A stretch of DNA of 64,000 bases from a virus (Duplodnaviria; Heunggongvirae; Uroviricota; Caudoviricetes), in IMG/VR virus record IMGVR_UViG_3300037502_002518, positions 5,712 to 69,711 of that record, one strand, 5' to 3'. The translations under genes and the position numbers were made by a program. Each line of letters begins with the position of its first letter. The stretch's first letter is position 1. This document shows positions 8,569 to 17,341 of the stretch, in pieces. The notes under the pieces were generated by a model. That model saw only the letters and a list, made by a program, of their open reading frames with translations. It was not told the origin of the DNA and did not search any database.

Positions 8569-8607
8569 ATTACTTGTCTACCAAAAGTAGGCAAGTAATT
8601 TTTTTTC
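8569..8607 (+). terminator. rho-independent terminator (13-bp stem ATTACTTGtCTAC/GTAGgCAAGTAAT plus T8)
   Basis: hairpin followed by T-run, immediately after stop of 7609-8568. Confidence 0.75.
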
Positions 8608-8684
8608 AAATAAAGGGTTGCTTTTCCAACAGAGTAATGATAAGATATAAATATAAGTCATCAAATATTGAAAGGGCGGTTTTA

Positions 8685-9089
8685 ATGGAATTAACTTTAA
8701 AAGAGCTAGGGTTTGTAGGTAAAAATTATGAGAACATGAGTCATGTGTTAAGCCTATTAAATGACAATGAGTATTTTGAGTCATATCTGTTAGACAATAT
8801 AGATAATTTAAAAAGCCCACTTGACATTCATCAGTCGTTTAGGTTAGAATTAATTAAGAATAAGCGTTGCACTCAAAAACAGTTTAAAAAATACTTAGAA
8901 AAGGGGTGGGATATAATAGCATATGAGAGTGTGATGTTTTGTAAAATGAACCGCCTTGCAGAAAAGAAATTTAAAAAAATTATTAATTCTGATTTGACCA
9001 ACGATGATTTTTATGATAAGTTAGTAGAGAACAGTTTTGAGTACAGTCCGTTATTGTGTCTCAAAAAAATTGAACAAGAGTTAGCTTAA
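8685..9089 (+). CDS. hypothetical protein (134 aa; track ORF 8574-9089 trimmed to ATG after RBS GAAAGGGCGG)
   Basis: ORF begins downstream of the terminator. Confidence 0.45.
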   Translation: MELTLKELGFVGKNYENMSHVLSLLNDNEYFESYLLDNIDNLKSPLDIHQSFRLELIKNKRCTQKQFKKYLEKGWDIIAYESVMFCKMNRLAEKKFKKIINSDLTNDDFYDKLVENSFEYSPLLCLKKIEQELA

Positions 9090-9216
9090 TAAAATGTTTT
9101 TACTCACGAAAAATTGTGGGTAAAAACGCAACAGTGGAGTGCCAATTAAAATGGTACGTTGGTGAGTGGTTGGTTGGGTCATCAACAAAAATATAACTAA
9201 TGAGGTGGATTTAAAA

Positions 9217-10236
9217 ATGTCAGCAGAAAAAACAAATGGCAAGTTTAAGTTAGAAGGTTTTGTAGAAGGGTTAAATGGGGAATTTGCTTTTCGTGAGGGG
9301 TACACAAAGACAGACAAGCATTACAAGTCTTTATCTTTCTTTGTTCAAACGTCAAAGACAAACAAGATTCGAGTAGAACTGTTTGGTATGGTTCGTGACA
9401 AAGTTAAGGCTTACTCAAGTAAAGCAAAGAAAACAAAAGATGTTAGCTGGGAAGCACGAGACAAAGACCATAAAGATTACAAAGTAATGGGAACAAACAT
9501 TGAGGTAGAGGAAAACGAAAAAGGAAAGCTTGTACGAAAAGTTTTAGTTGAGTACGATGCAATTGATTACTTACGTAAAAATTTAAAAGATGGCGATGCA
9601 GTACGTGTCAATGGTGATGTAGATTTTCAATCATTTGAAGATAAAAACGGTGAAAAAAAATATTCAACAAAATTCCCGTTCCGATATATTAAAAAACTTA
9701 CAGAAGATGAAGCAAAAGAGATTGATTTAACTACTGACAACATTGTTGGAAAGTCAGTATTTGAACAAGACATTATTATCAATGAAGTCGAACGTGATGA
9801 TGATATGGGCAAGCTTTTAGTCCATGTATTTACTGTAAAATACAATGGGGATATTGTTCCTGCAACACTTGTTGTAAATACAGAAGACCTTCCTAAGCTT
9901 GCAAAGAATCTGGAGAAACGCTTAAACTTTGGTGACTTGTTAACTGTATATGGCAATGCAGTCAATATGGCAGTTACAGAGCCATCTGGAGAAGCAGAAT
10001 CAAGCCTAGAAGATGACGAATGGGGCGGAGATGAAGAGCTTGAAGATGAGTTTGACACAATCAATTCTTATGTCAATGAGCTTCAGATTCGTTCAGTCAA
10101 AAAAGGCTCTCACGAACCAAAAATGTATAACGAAGATGATTTAATTAGTAAAGACGAAGATGCATTCAATGGAGACATTGATGAAGATATTGACGAAGAT
10201 TTTGATGATGAAGATGATGAAGACCTTCCATTTTAA
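9217..10236 (+). CDS. ssb: single-stranded DNA-binding protein-like (long form, acidic C-terminal tail ending DEDDEDLPF)
   Basis: RBS AATGAGGTGG; C-terminal acidic tail with terminal hydrophobic-P-F typical of SSB; position before recombinase and helicase. Confidence 0.55.
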   Translation: MSAEKTNGKFKLEGFVEGLNGEFAFREGYTKTDKHYKSLSFFVQTSKTNKIRVELFGMVRDKVKAYSSKAKKTKDVSWEARDKDHKDYKVMGTNIEVEENEKGKLVRKVLVEYDAIDYLRKNLKDGDAVRVNGDVDFQSFEDKNGEKKYSTKFPFRYIKKLTEDEAKEIDLTTDNIVGKSVFEQDIIINEVERDDDMGKLLVHVFTVKYNGDIVPATLVVNTEDLPKLAKNLEKRLNFGDLLTVYGNAVNMAVTEPSGEAESSLEDDEWGGDEELEDEFDTINSYVNELQIRSVKKGSHEPKMYNEDDLISKDEDAFNGDIDEDIDEDFDDEDDEDLPF

Positions 10237-10255
10237 TTTTTAGACGGTGCTAAAT

Positions 10256-10282
10256 AAAATAGGGGATACCCCCCTATTTTAT
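10256..10282 (+). terminator. rho-independent terminator (AATAGGGG...CCCCTATTTT)
   Basis: GC-rich hairpin plus T-run after ssb. Confidence 0.65.
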
Positions 10283-10345
10283 GGCACTTAAACAAGGTAG
10301 GCAAACGCAACTTTTATAAAACAAACGAAAAGGATGAGTGATAAA

Positions 10346-10420
10346 ATGGGACTATTAGATTCAATTAAACCGAATGAACCAAAGGCAGACTTAAAAGATT
10401 ATTTTGTGCTAGTATATGGT
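10346..10420 (+). CDS. Sak4/RecA-like recombination ATPase, exon 1 (MGLLDSIKPNEPKADLKDYFVLVYG)
   Basis: short ORF with RBS AAAGGATGAG; ends in first half of a Walker A motif. Confidence 0.6.
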
Positions 10421-10738
10421 GAATAACTACGCCCCCTTATGTGGTGACATATAAGATGGACACCTGTAAGAATCGGGAAGGCTAAGTTGTAAGATACAAT
10501 ATGCTAATCCGAGCCGAAGTTACAGAGTAACGTTTGTAACAGGCGCAACGCATAGGAATGAAACTGACACAATATAAAAAAGGGTGTAAAATATGGATGT
10601 CAGAATATAAATTTTCCCACGAGACAGGTGCAACTCTATGAGTTGAAAAGATATGCTGAACTGAGGATGAAAAAACATCCTATAATGCGGTGAAAGCCCC
10701 AGAAGTAGAGGATAAAAAGCCTTTACGATAACATTATG
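10421..10738 (+). mobile_element. putative group I self-splicing intron (318 nt, no ORF)
   Basis: interrupts a conserved P-loop; 5' exon ends in U, element ends in G; candidate P7 pairing AACGCATAGG / CTATAATGCGG. Confidence 0.55.
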
Positions 10739-11737
10739 GTAGGAAAATCTGGAAAGACTACGCTTTTTTATGAATTAGCAAAAACAGATTATGTTGGTGG
10801 GCTAGATAAAGCCCTTTTGGTTGGATTTGAAGACGGATTCAAAGCATTACGTGGCATCAATGCAATTAGTATTAACACTTGGAAGGAATTCACAGAACTT
10901 GTAGATGAGTTATGCACTAACAAAAAAAGCCATACATTTGAGTGGATTGGACTAGACACTCTTGATTACCTTTACGATTATGCTACAGATTTTATCGTTA
11001 GACGTGAGCGTGTTGCACGTAAAGATGCAAAAATTAAACAAATTAGTGACATTCCATGGGGAGCTGGATATAAATTAGTTTCCGATGAAGTAGACTCTCA
11101 AATCAAAAAGCTTCAAGCACATGGCTTTGGCTTGTTCGCAATTACTCACGATAAAGAAAAGAAAATTGAACTTAAGAGTGGAGAGTCTTATGATAAGACT
11201 ACACTAACATTATCAAATCGTGCAAAAGATTTATTTGTCAACATGGCAGATTTTATTACCTATATTTCAATTGAAAAAGAAGTTGATGGAGATAATTCTG
11301 TAAAAGAAAATCGCTGGATTTACTTCCGTTCAGATGGAAATATTGAAGCTGGTTCACGATTCACAAATATTGTTGAGCGTGTACCATATGGGGCGGATAA
11401 CTTCTTGAAAGCTTTTGAAGATGCAGTATTGTCATCTTATGATGGAGATGAAGATGCTAAAGATGAAGCAAAGAAAGAACAAAAAGAAGAGAAGTTAAAA
11501 GAAATTGAAAAGATTGAAGACGAAGCAAAAGAAGAAATTGAAAAAGCAAAAGAAATTGAAGAATCTATGACTGATGCTGACATGATTGAATTAATTGGTA
11601 CTTTAATTAATGATATGGATGACACACAAAAAGATGATTTTAAAGTTAAAATCAAATCAGAGTTTGGTAAAATCAATTACAAAAAATACGACTCTGAACA
11701 GTTAGCACAAGCTTTACAAATTGCAAAAAATATCTAA
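10739..11737 (+). CDS. Sak4/RecA-like recombination ATPase, exon 2 (VGKSGKTTLF...)
   Basis: joined product gives Walker A GVGKSGKT; AAA/RecA-like fold features; acidic coiled C-terminal region. Confidence 0.6.
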   Translation, partial: VGKSGKTTLFYELAKTDYVGGLDKALLVGFEDGFKALRGINAISINTWKEFTELVDELCTNKKSHTFEWIGLDTLDYLYDYATDFIVRRERVARKDAKIKQISDIPWGAGYKLVSDEVDSQIKKLQAHGFGLFAITHDKEKKIELKSGESYDKTTLTLSNRAKDLFVNMADFITYISIEKEVDGDNSVKENRWIYFRSDGNIEAGSRFTNIVERVPYGADNFLKAFEDAVLSSYDGDEDAKDEAKKEQKEEKLKEIEKIEDEAKEEIEKAKEIEESMTDADMIELIGTLINDMDDTQKDDFKVKIKSEFGKINYKKYDSEQLAQALQIAKNI

Positions 11738-11750
11738 AAAAAAAACAAAA

Positions 11751-11781
11751 ATGACCGTAGTTTATCTATGGTCATTTTTTA
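11751..11781 (+). terminator. rho-independent terminator (ATGACCGTAG...CTATGGTCAT plus T6), flanked by A-run (possibly bidirectional)
   Basis: 10-bp stem and T-run seen in sequence. Confidence 0.75.
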
Positions 11782-11787
11782 TCTAGG

Positions 11788-11997
11788 GTGATTAATATGG
11801 AAAATTCTTACTATAATCTGGTAGAGGGCATGAATGGGAAAACAAAAATGTATCACATTGTTGATGACAAAGACAGTGAATATGTTAAAACGGTTGAAGT
11901 CGCAACATTTGAAGATGATATGCATGCAAAGATTATATGCGATTTAATGAATATGTGGAACGATGAAATGTTTCTTAGGGTGAGCAAAGATGATTAA
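11788..11997 (+). CDS. hypothetical small protein (69 aa)
   Basis: RBS AGGGTGATTAAT. Confidence 0.45.
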   Translation: MINMENSYYNLVEGMNGKTKMYHIVDDKDSEYVKTVEVATFEDDMHAKIICDLMNMWNDEMFLRVSKDD

Positions 11998-12538
11998 TTG
12001 TATTATAGGGGAAAGCTCAAGTGGAAAAAGCACGATTGAAAATGAGTTGTACAAACTAGGGCTAGATAAGATTACTTCATTCACCACAAGACCAAGAAGA
12101 GATGGAGAGGTTCATGGGATGGACTATTACTTTATTTCTTCTTATGAGTTCAATCTAATGGTGGAAAATGGTCTCTTTTCTGAATATGCTCAATATAGAG
12201 ACTGGATGTATGGACTAAGTTTAACAGACATTGATTATGAAAATATGGATTATGTTGCTGTTGTAACTTTTAAGGGTCTAAAGACGTTAATTGAGACAAT
12301 TGGAAGTGAATATATACGTTCTTTCTATATTGAAGTTCCAGAGAGGGAGCGCATAATCAGACAGCTTAATCGTGGAGACGATGTTGACGAGGTTTTTAGA
12401 CGGTTAAAAGCTGACAGAAAAGACTTTAAGAAAGCTAAAGAATATGTTGACCACATTATTTTGAATAATGATATTGACAAATCCACAAAAGAGATATACA
12501 ATATTATTGTTGATGAAAAGCCAAATAAAATATTATGA
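11990..12538 (+). CDS. guanylate kinase-like (d)NMP kinase
   Basis: P-loop GESSSGKST and the guanylate kinase signature TTRPRRDGEVHGMDYYFIS. Confidence 0.65.
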   Translation: MINCIIGESSSGKSTIENELYKLGLDKITSFTTRPRRDGEVHGMDYYFISSYEFNLMVENGLFSEYAQYRDWMYGLSLTDIDYENMDYVAVVTFKGLKTLIETIGSEYIRSFYIEVPERERIIRQLNRGDDVDEVFRRLKADRKDFKKAKEYVDHIILNNDIDKSTKEIYNIIVDEKPNKIL

Positions 12539-12547
12539 GGTGATTAC

Positions 12548-13168
12548 GTGGGACGACTATTAAAGTGTAAACAATGTGGAGTTAAGGATGTAGAGTATAA
12601 AGACAGGTTTGATAAGATGGAAATTGAATCATCATTAACAAGTGATGGTAAAACGAGGAACTTATACTTTCACAAAGGTGAATGTTGGGAAGAACGTTTA
12701 AAATATAAAGCATTCTTAGAGAAAGAAAAAAAAGATATGGATGACCTTAACTTAACCATAAAAAAGATTCACAGAAGAAAATCTGAAATCCCTGTTGACC
12801 ATTATGTAAAAATTCAAGACTTGAGAAATGGGACAGCACGTTATAGAAAATTTTGGGAGAAGAAGAAAAAAGAAGGTGTGCCTTATAAGGTTATAGAAGA
12901 GGCATACAGAATGTCAAAAGATAAGATTGAATATGCAAGAAGTGCTGGAAAATTTAGAGATACAAATCACGAGCTAGCATATTCTTTCAAGATTGTCTTA
13001 GGTAAAATTGAAGATGCATACAAAAAACTTTCAAAAAATGAAGATGCAGAAAAACGTGCAAAGGGAATGGAAAAACACATTGTCGAAGACATTAAAAATG
13101 ACAATGGTTATAGCTATAAAAAACAGAAAGATAAGTATGATATGAGTGACATTTTTGGTGATGATTGA
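12548..13168 (+). CDS. hypothetical protein with N-terminal CxxC...C zinc-ribbon-like motif
   Basis: 206-aa ORF; CKQCGV...HKGEC. Confidence 0.5.
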   Translation: MGRLLKCKQCGVKDVEYKDRFDKMEIESSLTSDGKTRNLYFHKGECWEERLKYKAFLEKEKKDMDDLNLTIKKIHRRKSEIPVDHYVKIQDLRNGTARYRKFWEKKKKEGVPYKVIEEAYRMSKDKIEYARSAGKFRDTNHELAYSFKIVLGKIEDAYKKLSKNEDAEKRAKGMEKHIVEDIKNDNGYSYKKQKDKYDMSDIFGDD

Positions 13169-13180
13169 GGGGGAATTTAA

Positions 13181-14776
13181 TTGAGTTTAAAGCGTTTAGC
13201 TGAAGAGTCATACAACAAAGAAGCCATGTTGGTGGGAATGTTGTGGAACAACCCAGAGCTTTTTGATTCATATAGTTCAGAGAAGTTAAACAAAAGCACT
13301 TTAGCAAATAAAGTGTGGAAATTTTACTTAGGTCTTGGAAGATATTTGTATGAAGAAAAGCATATCAAAATATTTGATGACATAATGACGATGAGTGTAA
13401 TCAAAGAGCTTGGTCTTGAAGATAAGTATGAGAAGTATGGTGACTTTGAAACAATTGAGTTACTAATGGAAGAAACAAAAGGCAAGGAAATGAATTTTGA
13501 TGGTATTTATGATGAAGTCAAAAAATATGCTCTATTAAGAGGTTATCATAAGTTATTTGGAGATAAAGTCATTGAGCAAAAAGAAGGGTATAACTACAAA
13601 TCAATGCCCAGAGAAGCAATATCAATGTATTGGAACGATATGATTAATGAGATTGATATAGAGCATAACGACTCACAAATTCAAACGTATAATCTTCTAG
13701 AGGGTCTAGATGAATATGTTAACTTGATGGATGAAGAGCCAGACATTGGTATGCCATTCCACCATGGAAAGAAAATGACAGACATGATTAATGGTTGGGC
13801 TTTTGGTACAGTTAGTATTCTTGGTGCTTTCTCTGGGAATGGGAAGTCAAGTATTACAGTAGAGAAGATTGTAATGTCTTGTATTCAAGAAGATGAAAAA
13901 CTTGCAATTATTGCGAATGAGATGGATGTAGACCAATATAGAAAACTACTTCTTATAACAGTAATGGGTGGAGAACTTTATTATAAGTTTAAAGATGAGT
14001 TTTCAAATCCAAGGTTCTCAAGAAAAAATATTAACAGAGGTAATTTTACACCAGAAGAGAAGAAGAAGTTAAAATATGCAGTAGAGTGGGTAAAGGATAA
14101 GATTCAAGGCAAAGAATCATTAATTAAACTTATTCCATTAGAAGATTATACAATGGATAATGTTGAAAAGGTTATGAGAAAGTATCGTAAACGTGGGTTC
14201 AGACGATGGATTGTTGATACAGCAAAGCCATCAGAGAGTGGGAATAAAGAGCGTTGGCAACAGTTTGTTGATGACTTTGATAGGCTTTACAAGATTTCAA
14301 GAAAAGATGCAGGTGGTCTTGATATTGCCACATTTACAACTATCCAACTTGCCGACCACTATGTAGGAAGATACTGGTTAAACGAACAAGCTATTGCAGA
14401 TGGTAAAAAAATTAAAAACGTTGTTGACTTAGTTTGGATGTTGAGACCTATATTCCCTACAGAGTATGAGGGTGCTGACAAAGAGTTACGTGTATATCAG
14501 TGGATTCCTTTTGGTCAAGATGAATTTAACGAAGACGAAAACTATGAAGGCAATGATGATGAAGAAGTCGTAGAAATGGGAGATAGTACAAAGCTTATCA
14601 AGAGACGTGTGAGGTTAAAACATGGGAAGGTTTATTATGCTTTGTTTACCCCTAAAAATAGACGTGGGCAATCGAACCTAACAGGATTAGATGTTTTAAT
14701 CCTAAGTGTTGACTTTAATAGCAATAGATGGACAGAAGTAGGGTATTGTAACAATATTTTTAGAGATGACATCTAG
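13181..14776 (+). CDS. replicative DNA helicase, DnaB-like
   Basis: Walker A GAFSGNGKSS, RecA-like core, size 531 aa, followed by primase. Confidence 0.6.
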   Translation: MSLKRLAEESYNKEAMLVGMLWNNPELFDSYSSEKLNKSTLANKVWKFYLGLGRYLYEEKHIKIFDDIMTMSVIKELGLEDKYEKYGDFETIELLMEETKGKEMNFDGIYDEVKKYALLRGYHKLFGDKVIEQKEGYNYKSMPREAISMYWNDMINEIDIEHNDSQIQTYNLLEGLDEYVNLMDEEPDIGMPFHHGKKMTDMINGWAFGTVSILGAFSGNGKSSITVEKIVMSCIQEDEKLAIIANEMDVDQYRKLLLITVMGGELYYKFKDEFSNPRFSRKNINRGNFTPEEKKKLKYAVEWVKDKIQGKESLIKLIPLEDYTMDNVEKVMRKYRKRGFRRWIVDTAKPSESGNKERWQQFVDDFDRLYKISRKDAGGLDIATFTTIQLADHYVGRYWLNEQAIADGKKIKNVVDLVWMLRPIFPTEYEGADKELRVYQWIPFGQDEFNEDENYEGNDDEEVVEMGDSTKLIKRRVRLKHGKVYYALFTPKNRRGQSNLTGLDVLILSVDFNSNRWTEVGYCNNIFRDDI

Positions 14777-14801
14777 TGCCAAATAAAAAGTTGGTGTAAT
14801 T

Positions 14802-15881
14802 ATGAGTGATTTGAATGAGATTCTAAAAAGAGTGTATGAAGAAGACAAGATTGAAGAAGTCTTGGTAGCTCTTGAATGTGAGAATATAAACAGAGTATCT
14901 GGTCGATTTGAAGCACAATTGCCAGAGAGATTTCATAGTGGAAATAAACGAGCAGTACAAGTTTATGATACAGAAAAACTTCAAAGTAGAGTTAGAAACA
15001 AAGGTGTTTCTGGAAACTTATTCATGCTTATTGGTTTCATTCTTTATGACATAGATGAATTTGAAGTTCTAAAAGATAATTTATTTCAAGTTAAAGCGTG
15101 GTTGTGTAACTTATTTGATTGGGATGAATATTTAGAATTAGGGTATGATTTCTCTGAAGAAAGAAAAGATTACCTACCATTCTTGTCGGAAATAAGAGAT
15201 AAGAGAAAAAAGAGAAAAAATATTTCAAAATCAACATTAAATAAAAAGAATGAACCAATTGATATAGATGTGCTATACCCCCACTTTGATAAGATGCCAC
15301 ATAAAAGATTTATAGAGGATGGCATCTTGGCAAAGACACAAGTTGAATATGGAGTAATGTTTGACAGAATGACAGAAAGAATTGTATTTCCTATCCATGA
15401 TAAAGATGGAAATGTAGTCAGTGTCAAAGGGAGATATGTGGGAAGTGACTTAATCACTTTAGATGAAAAGAAATATATGTTCTTACATTTTCCTTTTGAT
15501 AAACAGCTTGAATTATTTAATTACCACAAAGCTTATGAACACATACAAAAAATGGGAGAAGTTATTGTTTTTGAATCAGAAAAATCATGTATGTTGGCTT
15601 GGCAGTATGGATTTAAACATACTGTAAGCACGATGGGGTATGAAATATCTCCATATCAGTCATTCCTTTTAAGAAAACTAGGGGTCAATATAATTTATGC
15701 TTATGACAAAGGAATTGATTATGATTTTATTAGAAAACAAGCAAAGATAATAAAAACAAGAAAATGTTTTTATATTGATTCTAATGAATTTGAAGAACTA
15801 GATGACAAAGATGCCCCAGTAGACAAAGGAGTTAAATTATGGAAAAAGATTTACGAACAAGGGATGAAATCTATTACTTAA
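14802..15881 (+). CDS. putative DNA primase (Toprim-like region EVIVFESEKSCML)
   Basis: position immediately after helicase; Toprim-like acidic motif; weak. Confidence 0.45.
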   Translation: MSDLNEILKRVYEEDKIEEVLVALECENINRVSGRFEAQLPERFHSGNKRAVQVYDTEKLQSRVRNKGVSGNLFMLIGFILYDIDEFEVLKDNLFQVKAWLCNLFDWDEYLELGYDFSEERKDYLPFLSEIRDKRKKRKNISKSTLNKKNEPIDIDVLYPHFDKMPHKRFIEDGILAKTQVEYGVMFDRMTERIVFPIHDKDGNVVSVKGRYVGSDLITLDEKKYMFLHFPFDKQLELFNYHKAYEHIQKMGEVIVFESEKSCMLAWQYGFKHTVSTMGYEISPYQSFLLRKLGVNIIYAYDKGIDYDFIRKQAKIIKTRKCFYIDSNEFEELDDKDAPVDKGVKLWKKIYEQGMKSIT

Positions 15882-16519
15882 CTTTAGTTAAAATATTATT
15901 CATTTCATTGTTTGTATTTGCAATTTTGAATGCAATCTTATCTCAAAGAGTTGATAAACTGGAAGAAAAAGAAAGTGAGCTACTGTCCAGTGTGGAAACC
16001 AAAGACTTTCAATTAAAAAATTACAACGATGAACTGAACGATATTTACAGCTCATTTCAAGAAGTCAGTATGGAAAGGGACATTCTTGCCATTGAGAATG
16101 AAGAAATATCAAGAGAGAATGGCAAGCTTCAAGAAGCTATTGACATTGAAACAAAGAGAAAAGAAAGAGAAGCAAAAGCTAAAGAGGAGCTTAAAGCTAG
16201 CGGTTCGTGGAAAAACTTTGAGATGACCCATTATACAGCTAATTGTGAGGGATGCTCTGGTATCACCTATTCTGGTCATGATGCACGTCAATCAATATAT
16301 AAGAATGGAAAACGTGTCATTGCAACAGACCCAAATATCATACCTCAAGGTTCTATTGTTGAGATAAATGATGGAGGATTTGTTTTTAGAGCGCAAGCTT
16401 TAGACATTGGTTCAGCAATAAAGGGTAACATTGTAGACCTATTAGTTGATGGAAATCAAAACGCATTAGCCTTGGGTAGAAAAAATGTAAAAATTAGGGT
16501 GATTAGAAGTGGATGGTAA
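15839..16519 (+). CDS. membrane-anchored 3D-domain protein (N-terminal TM, coiled coil, C-terminal MltA/YuiC-like 3D domain)
   Basis: C-terminal motif block HYTANCEGCSGITYSGHDA...IVDLLVDG typical of 3D (Asp-rich) domains; overlaps primase 3' end by 43 nt. Confidence 0.5.
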   Translation: MEKDLRTRDEIYYLTLVKILFISLFVFAILNAILSQRVDKLEEKESELLSSVETKDFQLKNYNDELNDIYSSFQEVSMERDILAIENEEISRENGKLQEAIDIETKRKEREAKAKEELKASGSWKNFEMTHYTANCEGCSGITYSGHDARQSIYKNGKRVIATDPNIIPQGSIVEINDGGFVFRAQALDIGSAIKGNIVDLLVDGNQNALALGRKNVKIRVIRSGW

Positions 16520-16775
16520 AGAAGAGTTTGGACTCACATTTAAAGATGAATTTGACAAAATACTTACAACCTTAGAAGTTAAGTCAAATAATGGCTCTGA
16601 TGAGGGAAAGTATTTAAGCAATGCAAGAAAGAAAAGAATGTCAAAACCAATATTATTTTCAATTGGTGGTTTTGATGGCTCTTATAAAGCAACTAACTAT
16701 TCCGTTACTGTTGACGAGGCAAAAGAAATTGCCAGAGAGTTAAACAGAATGGTTGAATATTTAGAACAAATATAA
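16509..16775 (+). CDS. hypothetical protein, paralog A
   Basis: similar N- and C-terminal blocks to the next ORF. Confidence 0.45.
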   Translation: MDGKEEFGLTFKDEFDKILTTLEVKSNNGSDEGKYLSNARKKRMSKPILFSIGGFDGSYKATNYSVTVDEAKEIARELNRMVEYLEQI

Positions 16776-16794
16776 AACGAAAGTAGGAGAGAAA

Positions 16795-17052
16795 ATGGAA
16801 TTTATTAAATTTGGTGTAACAGTAGAAGATGAATTAGAAAACAAGGTGTCAGTTGGTTCAAATGTCGATTTAGTTGAGACAGGACTATTGACTAAAAAGT
16901 CAATGGATGATGTAAAATCAGAAGATGTATTTTATGTTCATATCAACAATCAGTTCTCAGATGCTTTAGCAGGACTGTCTGTAGAGGGTGCAAAAGCCTT
17001 AGTTGAAGAATTGAACAAAGGGATTGAATTTGTTGAAAAAGTCAATAAATAG
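16795..17052 (+). CDS. hypothetical protein, paralog B
   Basis: C-terminus LSVEGAKALVEELNKGIEFVEKV vs SVTVDEAKEIARELNRMVEYLEQ in preceding ORF. Confidence 0.45.
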   Translation: MEFIKFGVTVEDELENKVSVGSNVDLVETGLLTKKSMDDVKSEDVFYVHINNQFSDALAGLSVEGAKALVEELNKGIEFVEKVNK

Positions 17053-17326
17053 TATTTTGTTTTCGCTAAAAGAAATATTTAGCCTAGCAGTCATGCCTAT
17101 AGTTTTAATAGCTATAGGTGGACTGATTATGTTTGACAAGATTGACAATGTGGGAAACCACATTGTTGGGTTGTCTTTCATGCTTGTTGGCTATCTCTTT
17201 GCTGTTACTATGACATTAGATAGAAATTTAAGGGAAGCCCAAGAAACAAATGGAATACTGTTTAATGTTATAAAAGAAATGGCAGAGGGAAGCGATAATT
17301 ATAGAATTGAATATAAAGAAAAATAG
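17024..17326 (+). CDS. small membrane protein (two TM helices)
   Basis: hydrophobic segments. Confidence 0.45.
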   Translation: MNLLKKSINSILFSLKEIFSLAVMPIVLIAIGGLIMFDKIDNVGNHIVGLSFMLVGYLFAVTMTLDRNLREAQETNGILFNVIKEMAEGSDNYRIEYKEK

Positions 17327-17341
17327 TTGGGAGATTTTTAT

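Noticed and set aside
1-9000. Whether the early block corresponds to a terminal redundancy, as in SPO1-like phages
   Set aside because: This cannot be judged from a single window, since no repeat of this block is visible within 64 kb.
9627-10064. 145-aa minus-strand ORF inside ssb (and similar antisense ORFs at 17905-18393, 19402-19953, 11437-11676, 15170-15457, 53359-53691, 54937-55242)
   Set aside because: Serine/leucine-rich low-complexity translations typical of the antisense frame of AT-rich genes. They have no RBS and are fully contained in well-supported + strand genes.
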